Source of the DNA: Mesoplasma florum L1
Lineage (GTDB): Bacteria; Bacillota_I; Bacilli_A; Mycoplasmatales; Mycoplasmataceae
Length of the DNA: 32,000 nt
Direction of reading: 5' to 3'
Assembly: GCF_000008305.1 (NCBI RefSeq)
Contig: NC_006055.1
Coordinates: forward strand, 750,001 to 782,000
How positions within the stretch are numbered: position 1 is the first letter of the stretch; each line of letters begins with the position of its first letter. Position numbers and translations under genes: made by a program. The notes under the pieces are model-generated. The model ran no database searches. It saw only the letters and a program-made list of their open reading frames with translations, and was not told the DNA's origin. Below, piece by piece: positions 21,767 through 31,710 of the stretch.

Positions 21767-22474
21767 TTAGTTAGATTCAACAGCAGCATCTAAAGCAATT
21801 TCAACCATTTGCATAAAATTGTTTTGTCTTTCTTCGGCTGTCGTAACCTCTTTTGTTACCAAGTTATCTGATATTGTTAATAAACATGCAGCTTGTTTTT
21901 TAGCTTTTATTGCATTTGCAAATAAAGCAACAGATTCCATTTCAACAACATCTAAATTGTTTTCTTTTACAAATTCAGTAATATCATCATGACGGTAAAA
22001 TACATCTGCTGAATGTGCTCTTCCAGTTAATGTTTTAATTTTTTTATCTTTAGCAATTTTTTCAATCAATGAATAAAGTTTATCTCCTGCTTTAATAACT
22101 TTATCATCAATATTTGCTGCTAATTTAGCATAGTTACTATCTCCATATGCTTCTTTTACATTGTAAACATCATAAACTTTGATTTCTTCTTTGTAACTTC
22201 CAGCTGAACCAATTCTAATAATGTTTTCTACATTATAAAAATTGAATAGCTCATATGAATATATTCCAATACTTGGGCAGCCCATTCCGCTTCCTGCTAT
22301 TGTTACTTGTATACCTTTATATGTTCCTGTGTACATGAACATATTTCTAACTTCGTTAACTAACTTAACATTTTCTAAATATGTTTCAGCAATTTTCTTA
22401 GCTCTTAATGGGTCTCCTGGCATTAAAACAGTTTTTGCAATATCTTCTTTTTTTGCACTAATGTGTGGTGTCAT
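21767..22474 (-). CDS. deoD: Purine nucleoside phosphorylase, DeoD type
   Basis: The translation MTPHISAKKEDIAKTVLMPGDPLRAKKIAETYLENVKLVNEVRNMFMYTGTYKGIQVTIAGSGMGCPSIGIYSYEL..RIGSAGS..VEMES is present as an intact 235-aa ORF. Confidence 0.9.
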   Translation of the reverse strand: MTPHISAKKEDIAKTVLMPGDPLRAKKIAETYLENVKLVNEVRNMFMYTGTYKGIQVTIAGSGMGCPSIGIYSYELFNFYNVENIIRIGSAGSYKEEIKVYDVYNVKEAYGDSNYAKLAANIDDKVIKAGDKLYSLIEKIAKDKKIKTLTGRAHSADVFYRHDDITEFVKENNLDVVEMESVALFANAIKAKKQAACLLTISDNLVTKEVTTAEERQNNFMQMVEIALDAAVESN

Positions 22475-22502
22475 AATAATTCCTCTTTTTTCTAATATTA
22501 TT

Positions 22503-23402
22503 TTATCTTAAAGTTTTATCAAATGGTACACCACTTGCTTGTGGCGGTGATGATCATTTTGATGCAATAACCATTACAACAATTGACATGATGAATGGAA
22601 GTGCTCTTGGCAATGAGTTTCATCCCGTAATTCTTTGACCTATACTAAACATTATTGAAAATATTATACAGAACATAACAATTAGGCTCACTCTTCATTG
22701 ACCAATTATCATAATAGCTAATGCAATAAACCCTAATCCTTGAACACTTCCATTAAAATTTTGAAGTGATTGGGTAACAACAAACATTGTTCCTGCTAAA
22801 CCAGCTATAGCACCTGAAATAATTATACAAACAAATCTATATCTATTAACTTTAACACCTGCTGCATCTAAAGCTTGTGGGTTTTCCCCAGCAGCTATAT
22901 GCCTTGTACCTACTTTTGTAAAAGTAAAATATAAACCTATTGTAACAGTTACTAGCATTGTAAATATGGCATAAGCAATAAAGTAATTTAATGATATTAG
23001 CTTAGGGCTTAGCGAACCTAAAATAGTTCCACCAGTTCCGAATCCTTGAATATGAACAATAAATAATGCAATACCTTGAGCTAATAAATTAATTACTGTA
23101 CCAGAAATAATTTGATCTGTTTTTAATTTTAAAACCATTAATGTTTGTAACAATGAAAATAAACCTGCAACAACCATTGAGAATAGCGCACCAATTAATA
23201 AGTATAAGACATGTAAGTCTTCAACGTTATTTGATGTTTTTTTAACCATAAAGCAAAATGACACGTATGCCAAAGCCCCGATTGTCATAAAACCTTCAAT
23301 CCCAAGGTTTACAACCCCTGATCTTTCAGAAAACATTCCTGATATAGCGGCTAATGTGAAAACAACAAAAAATCCTAACGCTAAACTAAATATTGCTTCC
23401 AT
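22503..23402 (-). CDS. BMP-family (nucleoside-type) ABC transporter permease 2
   Basis: The start reads MEAIFSLALGFFVVFTLAAISGMFSERSGVVNLGIEGFMTIGAL. The TGA at 22695 reads through to TAA at 22503-22505 (300 codons). Its start overlaps the end of permease 1 by 17 nt. Confidence 0.85.
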
Positions 23403-25224
23403 AAATTTTTACAACCTCCATTTGTTTTTCTAGTAGATCGATTTTTAATTTTCTAATTTTTAATTTTTTAAATGTTCTAGAACCTTTTTTTGCTTCTAAC
23501 TCTTTTATTTCTTTTTTATAAATTAGTTTTAAATCATTTAAATATGTTTTTGCTTCTTGTTTTGTTGATGCAAAATTATTTTTAAAATATTTTATTTGCG
23601 ACTCTTGCTTATTAATTAAAGAAGCAGCTTTTAATTCTAACTTATTTTTCTTAGCTATTAATTTTTCTTGTTCTTTAATATTTGAATTTGATAAAGATTC
23701 TTTTATATTTTGTATTTCAGATTCTATTGAAACAACCTGATCCAAAATAGGAAATGTTGTAGAATTATATTTACCTTCATAAACTTTTTTCAAACCTTTA
23801 ATTGAATGTTCATTATATTTATCTAGCTCTTTATTTATAAATAAGTGTTTTTCCAATTTTAAATCTTTTATTTTATTTTTAATTTTTGAAATTTGGAATG
23901 CTTTATTTTCTTTATACTCATTTGTTAGACTGTTTAATTCATCTCTTAAAATTTCAAGATTTTCTGACTTATTTTGTATTTGTTTTTTCAACTCTTTTAT
24001 TTTTAATTTTTCATTTGTTGAATCTAAATTCAAAATAAGGATATTTTTTTCTTTTTTCAATTCTTTAATATCAGAATTTATAATTTCAATTTCAGTTTTA
24101 AATTTTGGATCTCTAATTTTATGAATAATAATATTTACATAATTAGAAATATTTATTTTCATTAATAATAGATACATAGTTGAGAACAATATTATTATTC
24201 CAAATAATAAATCTGATGTTTCTGAAGGAAGTCCCATATATTGAGGTGAATTCATAGTTAATTGAATTCCATCTTTTAAAACAGCTCACAATATTGCAAC
24301 TGGTATTATTCCCAAGAAGTTATTAAATGCAACTAATGCAATTGGTATACCATCAAATCCTAATAAAGGCATAATGTCATTTGTTACAGATATATTACTT
24401 TTTAAACCAAAGTAATAAAAGAATCCTGCGGCCGATATAAAAACCCCTTGTAAGGCTGTTACACCAATAATAAATGAGTTTGTTTTTATACCTGCATATT
24501 TAGCTGCTGTAGATTGAGTTCCAACAACTTTATATTTATAACCAACTGTTGTAGTTTCACAAACAACAAATACCAATACTATTGAAACTAGAGCAAAGAT
24601 AATTGCAAATACTCACAACTGTGATCCAAATACTTCAGGTAAATTTGGTGAGTTTAATTGAGTATCAAATTTAATAAATAAAACGTATTTAAGTAAATAT
24701 CACAATATTCAGTTTATAACTATTGAAGTTGCAACTTCATGAATATTGAATAAAACTTTTAATATCCCAGTAAGTGATGAAACTATTGCACCTGATACTA
24801 TAAAAATTAGAAATAATAAAATTCCATATCCACCAGGTAAATTAGAGAAATCAGAACCACCTGTTACAGCATTCAAGAATAGATATGTTATTAATAAACC
24901 ACCTATCGCTTGACCACTACCTCCCATATTAAACAGTTTTATTCTAAAACCTAATGCTAATCCAAGACCTAAAAGTATAAATACAGCTAATAATATAACT
25001 GTCCCTTCTGGTTCAACTGGTGAAGTAAAAGGTTTAATTAAACTACTAAAAATAAAACCAAACCCATTCATACCAAAGCAATATAAAAATATAATTCCAC
25101 AAAGCAATCCTAATATAATTGAAATGAATGATACTTTGACATAAGAAGTTTTTGTTTTAAAAGTGGTTGATTTAATATATGCTATTGATTTTGTTTTAAA
25201 TTTTCATTGATTAATTTTTCTCAT
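23386..25224 (-). CDS. BMP-family ABC transporter permease 1 with a long Lys/Glu/Asn-rich C-terminal extension that looks like coiled coil
   Basis: Pieces 24709..25107, 24286..24576 and 23386..24255 share one frame and are bridged only by TGA codons; I checked the 24253-24288 junction codon by codon. ATG at 25224-25222 is 3 nt after the ATPase stop. Length is 613 codons, ending in TAG at 23386-23388. Confidence 0.8.
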
Positions 25225-25227
25225 AAA

Positions 25228-26763
25228 TTACTCCACCACCGATGAAACCATCATCTCTCCTAATTTTTCCCTTGTCGCATTTTTACCTGAAATTTCTCCA
25301 ACTATTTGACCTGAATTTAAAACTAAAATGCGATCTGATAGTTGCAATATTTCTGATAACTCATATGAAATTAATAAAATAGCTTTTCCTTCTTCTTTTG
25401 CTTTTAATATTTCTGAATGAATAAATTCAATTGAACCCACATCTAAACCTCTTGTTGGCTGAAATATTATTATGAAATTGTTGTCTCTTGAAAGTTCACG
25501 GCCAATTATCATTTTTTGTTGGTTACCACCTGATAGTTGTCTAGCTATCGCAAACCCTGCATCAGCATTTCTAACATCAAATTTACTAATTATTTTTTGT
25601 GTATGAGTTTGCATTGCAGTTTTGTTTATAAAACCATGCTTACTATATTTCTTAGTTGAAATATCTTGAAGTGCAACATTAGTAATTAAGTTTGCGTCTA
25701 AAACTAAACCAAATTTATGTCTATCTTCTGGGATAAACCCCATTTTATGAACATTATATCTTTTGCTTATTGATTCATGAGTAATGTTTTTATCATTGAC
25801 ATATATTTTTCCACTATCAACTTTAGTCATTCCACTTAATGCTTCAGCCAATTCTATTTGTCCATTCCCTTCAACACCAGCTATTCCCAAAATTTCTCCG
25901 GCTTTGATTGTCGTTGAAAAATTCTTTAAACCTAAAACTTTGTTATTACTATGTTTTTTTACATTTAAATTCTTAATAACAATTAAGTCTTCATTGTTAT
26001 TTTGTTTATGAGTGTTTTTTATTTCAATTATTTTTCTTCCAACCATGGCTTCTGCTAATTTGCTTGCAGAAGTTTTCTTAACATCAAAAGTTCCAACATA
26101 ATGTCCTTTACGGATTATGGTTGCTCTGTCTGCAACTTCTTTAATTTCTGCCATTTTATGTGTTATTAAAATTATTGTTTTTCCCATGCCTTTTAATTCT
26201 TTTATCACTTTTAAAAGACCATCTATTTCTGATGGTGTTAGAACAGCTGTTGGTTCATCAAAAACCATTATCTCAGCTTTTCTGTAAAGAATTTTTAATA
26301 TTTCTACTCTTTGTTTCATTCCTACAGAAATATCTTTAACCTTGGCATTTAAATCAACTTCAAGATTATATTCCTTCATTATTGAAGTTAAATCTTCAAT
26401 GATTTTTTTCTTATTAATTATTTGTTTATACTGAGTTTCTTCAGAACCTAAAATTATGTTCTTTCAAACAGGAAATATATCGACCAATTTAAAATGTTGG
26501 TGAACCATTCCTATTCCTAATTTAGTTGCTTTTACCGGCGAAGATATTATTTCTTCTTTACCGTTTATAAATATATTTCCCTCTGTTGGTTCATAAATCC
26601 CAAACAAGATTGACATTAATGTAGATTTACCTGCACCATTCTCGCCCATTAAAGCATGTACTTCACCTTTTTTGACATCTAAATTAATGTTTTTATTGGC
26701 AATGATTTTTTTATTGAAAATCATTGAAATATTTTTCATTTCTACAGCATTAATATTTTTCAT
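25228..26763 (-). CDS. ABC transporter ATP-binding protein with duplicated ATPase domains (sugar/nucleoside importer type)
   Basis: The first Walker A is GENGAGKST. VGMKQRVEILK, a second Walker A GVEGNGQ and LSGGNQQK follow. The two ORF pieces are in frame (512 codons). Confidence 0.9.
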
Positions 26764-26772
26764 GATTCTCCT

Positions 26773-28146
26773 TTACTCATTAATTTTTTTTGTACTTTTG
26801 TTAAGTTCGTTTAGTATAGTATCAGCGTAATCTTTAATTGGTTCTTGCGCGATTATAGTTCCTGTTGAAGGTATTGTTCCATTGATATATTTAGAAAATA
26901 ATGATTTTGAAGCCTCTGTCAGAGCTTCTGCACTAAAGTATTTTTTAATTTTAATAGCTAAATCTTCATCTAAAAGATTTGATCCTCCATAAGACATTGT
27001 TCCGTTAACTCAAACATCAGTGCCTGTTCAAAGTTCTTTGTCACCTATGTTTACATCCACAAACTCTGATTTATTATCAGTTATAACTTCTTTTGTTATT
27101 TGAATTTTATCTTTATAACCTTCATCCACTTTTTTTAAAATATCTGGGTATTGTTCATTATTCATTCATTCCGGAGTGTGAGCCAAAGAAACTATTGCTG
27201 CATTTTTTAAATCTTTCTCTGCTGAAGTAATAAACCTATTTTGAGCATCTTTCCCATATGATTCTGCTTGATTTGTATCCACTCCTATCACTTTTCAAGA
27301 TGTATCATAACTAAGCGCATCAGAAGTTTGAGGACCCGCAACAGGCATTAAAACATTTGGCTTAATTGATTTTGAGGTGTCTCTTAAATTATCTAATACT
27401 AGTTTTGATTGACCTATAAGGAAACTATTTGAAAATCATGTTGTATCATCTTTAGACTTCGGTCAACCTGTTTGAGCTTTTGTAACAGTTACATTTCTAG
27501 TTGCTTCAGGGATATCAAAATGATTTAAAAATTCTGTATCTTTTGCTAAATAATTATAAACTTCTATCGAAGCCAAGTATCCAACAATAAAGTTATCAAC
27601 TGATGCTGGATTAGAAACTCCACCATAAGCACCTAGTGATAGTGTATTATTTGTATAATTTTCGTTTTTTAATGAATATATTATTGATGACATTCCAGCG
27701 TAGAATCCAGAAACATCTCCCCTAAACACAACTCCTATTTCATTATTTGCTGCGCTATTTGAATCTAATATTATTGTAGATCCAGAATTTTTCATAACTT
27801 CTGCGGCTTGGTGTTCACCTTCACCAGGCATTGCATGGTGAAAACCTGGAAGTAAAAGTGTTTTTGCATTGTTGCTTTCAGCAGTTTTATACGCTCTCTT
27901 CATTGTTTTTGGTGCTGTTGACTCAGGTTGTATGTATGCGATTTTTTGGTTTATTCCCAAAATTTCTTGAACAAACTCTGTTCCAGCTTCGTATGTTGAT
28001 TGATTGAAAGATTTATCATCTACTTTACCTGAATCGGTAATTAAATAGATTTCACCAAAGTGTTTTTCTGTACCGCAAGAAATTACTGTAGTGGCACTAG
28101 TGCTTATTATTGTAGTACTCAATAAAGCTAATAATAGTTTTTTCAT
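26773..28146 (-). CDS. BMP-family (PnrA-like) substrate-binding lipoprotein of the ABC transporter
   Basis: The signal peptide and lipobox read MKKLLLALLSTTIISTSATTVISC-G. ITDSGKVDDKSFNQS is typical of basic membrane protein / nucleoside receptor lipoproteins. The pieces are in frame (458 codons). An AAGGAG SD precedes the ATG. Confidence 0.85.
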
Positions 28147-28159
28147 TAATACTCCTTCT

Positions 28160-28199
28160 AAAACAAAATAAAAAAGGTTTCTTATTAACTAAAAAACCT
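28160..28199 (-). terminator. Expression-platform terminator of the riboswitch
   Basis: The minus-strand RNA has a 10-bp stem, AGGUUUUUUA-GUUAA-UAAGAAACCU (including one U-G pair), then UUUUUAUUUU. It begins 5 nt after P1 of the aptamer and ends about 15 nt before the SD of the lipoprotein gene. Confidence 0.75.
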
Positions 28200-28204
28200 C
28201 TGCG

Positions 28205-28265
28205 CTTATAGTCTTTGGATGGGTCCTAAGGCAGGTCGACAACCCGTTATGTTGTCATGTATAAG
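28205..28265 (-). promoter_or_regulatory. Purine-riboswitch-fold aptamer (guanine / 2'-deoxyguanosine-like variant)
   Basis: The minus-strand RNA is CUUAUACAUGACAACAUAACGGGUUGUCGACCUGCCUUAGGACCCAUCCAAAGACUAUAAG. P1 pairs CUUAUA with UAUAAG. P2 pairs GACAAC with GUUGUC around an AUAACGG loop. P3 pairs CUUAGGA with UCCAAAG around a 4-nt loop. J3/1 reads GAC-U, with C at the ligand-pairing position. This is the only GC-rich island in the intergenic DNA. Confidence 0.8.
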
Positions 28266-28290
28266 TTTTTTTTATTCAATTGTTTGAAAT

Positions 28291-28296
28291 ATTATA
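28291..28296 (-). promoter_or_regulatory. Candidate -10 box (TATAAT) for the riboswitch-controlled operon
   Basis: The minus strand has a perfect TATAAT about 25 nt upstream of P1, downstream of the terminator of the HU-like gene. Confidence 0.4.
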
Positions 28297-28326
28297 TCTT
28301 TTTTTATTTATAAATAAAAGCACAAA

Positions 28327-28352
28327 TAAAAAAACACCTGTCGGCGTTTTTA
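28327..28352 (-). terminator. Intrinsic terminator after the HU-fusion gene
   Basis: The minus-strand RNA forms AAAAACGCC-GACA-GGUGUUUUU followed by UUAUUU. It starts a few nt after the TAA at 28357-28359. Confidence 0.6.
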
Positions 28353-28356
28353 TTAA

Positions 28357-29682
28357 TTATTTTTTAATTTCTTTTTTGACTTTTGTTAAACCTGTTCATT
28401 TACCTTTTGACATATTTTCTTTTAAATGTTTATTGGCTTTGAATTTAACTGTATTTGACGCAGGAATATCAATTGTTTCACCTGTTGATGGGTTAATACC
28501 TTTTTTAGCTTCCTTGTGTATTTTTGTTAGTTTTCCAAAATTTGAAATTAAAACTTCTTCATTATTTATAATTGCATTGCTCATGATTTCAAAAGCACTA
28601 TCAACTACTTCTTTAACAGATTTTTTGCTAAATTCTGAATGAGTTTCTTCTAACTTAATTAAAAGATCTTTTTTAGAAACTTGATTGTAGTGTTTTTTAA
28701 TAACATATTTTGATTCAGTTTTAGCTGTTGCTGCTACTTTAGTTTCTTCAACTTTAACTTCTTCAACTTTTTTAGCTACTGGTTTTTTAGCTACTGGTTT
28801 TTTAGCAACTACTTTAGCTTCTTCAACTTTTTTAGCCGCTGGTTTTTTAGCCGCTGGTTTTTTAGCAACTACTTTAGCTTCTTCAACTTTAGCTTCTTCA
28901 ACTTTTTTAGCCGCTGGTTTTTTAGCTACTGGTTTTTTAGCAACTACTTTAGCTTCTTCAACTTTTTTAGCTGCCGGTTTTTTAGCTACTGGTTTTTTAG
29001 CAACTACTTTAGCTTCTTCAACTTTTTTAGCTGCCGGTTTTTTAGCTACTGGTTTTTTAGCAACTACTTTAGCTTCTTCAACTTTAACTTCTTCAACTTT
29101 AACTTCTTCAACTTTTTTAGCTACTGGTTTTTTTACTTTTTTCTTAACTGGTTGTTTTGCTACAATTTCTTCTTCTAATTTTTCTTCTAATTCAATTGCT
29201 TCTTGTTTAATTTCTTCTTTAGTAATTTCTTTAGTTTCTTCAATAGCAGTTGTTGTTCCTTTTTCTGAAAGAATCTTGTTAATTTTATTTTCTTTTACAA
29301 AACTCAATACTATTGAAACTACTAAAAAGATGATTCCAACAAGAGCTATTCAGTTAATTAATAAATCTCAAAAAATTGGCAACAAGAATGTACTATATGT
29401 TTCTGTTGTTCCAACAGTTGCAACTAATTTGAATTGAGCAAATGATTTGAATCCCATTGGACCTGCTAAAAAATGACTTAGACCTTTATCTGTAAATCAC
29501 ACTGCATTTATGTGTTTACTTTCTATTAATCCAGAGCCTGCAATTGTTTGTGCTCATTGTGATGTTCCATTTGTAGCTTGGTTTATAAGTTTAAATGCAA
29601 ATATTAAAGCTATAAATAAAACTAAAAGAAATATTAAAGCAATGGTTCTTGTGTGCTTTTTATTTTTCATTTCGATTGACAT
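28357..29682 (-). CDS. Membrane-anchored HU/IHF-family DNA-binding protein with an internal histone-H1-like Lys/Ala/Pro/Val/Glu repeat tract (441 aa)
   Basis: ATG at 29682-29680 lies 6 nt after AAGGAGG. I translated 29305-29710 codon by codon: the frame is open with only TGA codons (29554, 29497, 29368, 29350). The N-terminus is MSIEMKNKKHTRTIALIFLLVLFIALIFAF (TM1), then a loop of about 70 aa, then LINWIALVGIIFLVVSIVLSF (TM2). An acidic linker and (AKKPVAKKPAAKKVEEAKVV)n repeats follow. The HU domain is KKDLLIKLEE..SKKSVKEVVDSAFEIMSNAI..ISNFGKLTKIHKEAKKGINPSTGETIDIPASNTVKFKANKHLKE. The TGA at 28396 is read as Trp and the stop is TAA at 28357-28359. Confidence 0.8.
28771..29085 (-). repeat. 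In-frame 60-nt tandem repeat (about 5 copies, built from 15-nt subrepeats) inside the HU-fusion gene
   Basis: 28921-28980 and 28981-29040 are identical, and the identity continues to 29085. The units at 28771-28830 and 28831-28890 differ only at a few positions (gctact vs gccgct vs gctgcc). A 15-nt extra VEEAK unit sits at 28891-28905. Confidence 0.9.
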
Positions 29683-29746
29683 GATTATGCCTCCTTCTTT
29701 TTTATATAATTATAAACAAATTATTTTGCTGAGTGAACTTTTAGTG

Positions 29747-31627
29747 TTACTTTTGCTCCGTTGCATAGTTATTTTTAAGATAAAACAGCAACATTTGTAT
29801 GTCTGCAGGGTTAACTCCAGTAATTCTAGAAGCTTGTCCTATGTTTAATGGTTTAACTTTTTTTAACTTTTGTCTAGCTTCTGTTGCTAAATTTTCAACC
29901 TTATCATAATCAATATCTGAAGGTATTTTTTTCTTTTCAAGCTTAACAAGTCTTTCAACAGTTTTTCTTTCTGTTTTTACATAACCGGCAAATCTAGTTT
30001 CTATTACAATAGACTGAAGTTGATTATTTTTTAGGTTTTGTAAAGAACTAATGTACGGAATCATAACCTCTATATCAACAGTTGGTATTTTTAAAATTTC
30101 AATACCACTATATCCATGACTTAAGTCTGCTTGACCTAATTCTTTTAATTTTATTGCTAGTTCAGACTTAGGAGTAAATCTGATTTCTTCAAGCTCTTTT
30201 ATTGCGTTATTAATTTCTTCTGTGTATTTCAAGTATTCATTATATTCTGCTTGTTTAATTAGGCCTATCTCATATCCTTTTTCTTTTAGCCTATGTTCAG
30301 CGTTATCATTTCTTAACAATAATCTGTGTTCTGCCCTACTTGTTAAAAGTCTATAAGGTTCCCATACGCCTTTGTTAATTAAATCATCTATCATGACACC
30401 TATATATGCTTCATCTCTTCTTAAAATCAAAGGATCTAATCCATCAATTTTTCTAGATGCGTTAATACCAGCAATTAATCCTTGGCCAGCTGCCTCTTCA
30501 TAACCACTAGTTCCATTTATTTGACCTGCTGTAAATAAATTATTAATATTCTTAATTTCTAATGAGGGATTCAATTGCATAGGATTTACACAATCGTACT
30601 CAATGGCATATGCCCAAGTTTTTACTTCAGCTTTTTCAAAACCTGGCAATGATCTTATCATTAACAATTGAACATCTGTTGGCATTGAAGTTGAAAATCC
30701 CTGAATATATCAAGCATCACCAGAAATTGATTCTGGCTCAATAAAAATTTGATGAGTTTCTTTTGATGAAAATCTTACAATTTTATCTTCAAAACTTGGA
30801 CAGTATCTAGGACCTATAGATTCTACTTTACCTGAATACATTGCTGATTTTGTCAAATTATCTTCGATTATTTTTTTTGTTTCAGAACTTGAATGAATTA
30901 AGTAGCAAAGTTCTTGCTTTTCAATTGGTGTGTATTCATTTGTAGAAAAACTGAAAGCTAATTTTGCGTCAGTCCCTGGTTCTTTAATAGCTTTAGAAAG
31001 ATCAACAGAGTTTTTGTATATTCTTGGAGGAGTTCCTGTTTTAAATCTAAAAAGTTCAACTCCAGATTTTTTTAAAGATTCACTTATTCCATTAGATGTC
31101 GGTTCTTCGTTTGGGCCTGAAGAAAATTTTTCATGTCCAGTTAAGATCTCTGATTTTAAATATGTTCCCGTTGTTAAAACAACACATTTTGATTTTAAAA
31201 TTTCTCCATCTTTTAATAAAACACCCGTTACTGTATTATTTTCAATAATAAGATCTGTTGCAATAGACTCTATTAATTGTAAATTTATTTGTTCTTCAAC
31301 AATTTTTTGCATATATTTTGAATATTCTTCTTTATCTGATTGGACTCTTAGTGCTCAAACACCAGGCCCTCTAGAAGAATTGAGTAGTTTTGTTTGTAAA
31401 GCTGTTTTATCAGCAGCTTTTGCCATTTCGCCACCTAATGCGTCAATTTCTCTTACAACTATACCTTTTGCAGGTCCACCAACACTTGGGTTGCAAGGCA
31501 TTGCGGCAATTCTATCTTTATAAAGATTAATTAATGCTGTTTTTTTGTTTAATCTTGCAGATGCCAAGGCAGCTTCAACACCTGCATGACCACCACCAAT
31601 AACAATAACATCAAAATGTTTATTCAT
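29747..31627 (-). CDS. mnmG: tRNA uridine 5-carboxymethylaminomethyl modification enzyme
   Basis: The start reads [35 protein letters not shown]...[24 protein letters not shown]. Later motifs include [15 protein letters not shown] and [26 protein letters not shown]. Three pieces are in frame (627 codons). Confidence 0.95.
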
Positions 31628-31710
31628 AGCAATTCTCCTTTTCTAATTTTATGTCTATTTAATTTTAGTCTTTTTTAATTTATAAGCAATTATAAATAAA
31701 TTACTTAAAG

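Noticed and set aside
28741-29130. A regularly spaced repeat array that could be mistaken for a CRISPR array.
   Set aside because: The repeats are contiguous with no unique spacers, keep an open reading frame, encode KKPAAKK/VEEAK peptide units and lie within a gene. No cas genes are present.
29683-29746. A possible terminator or regulatory structure between mnmG and the HU-fusion gene.
   Set aside because: I could not fold a convincing hairpin. Only a TATAAT-like hexamer (29709-29714) and the SD are visible, so whether the HU-fusion gene is co-transcribed with mnmG remains undetermined.
15-31523. Many plus-strand track ORFs lie antisense to the minus-strand genes: 15..206, 597..803, 1490..1678, 3494..3685, 4509..4706, 7031..7288, 7705..7926, 8440..8718, 9053..9256, 12934..13305, 15095..15496, 17809..18324, 18368..18637, 19836..20159, 20035..20262, 21031..21243, 22242..22511, 25784..26011, 28280..28642, 29510..29848 and 30930..31523.
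   Set aside because: Each lies fully inside, or almost fully inside, a well-supported conserved gene on the opposite strand. Their translations are low-complexity, Leu/Phe/Ser/Ile-rich strings typical of shadow ORFs in AT-rich DNA. None has a convincing SD.
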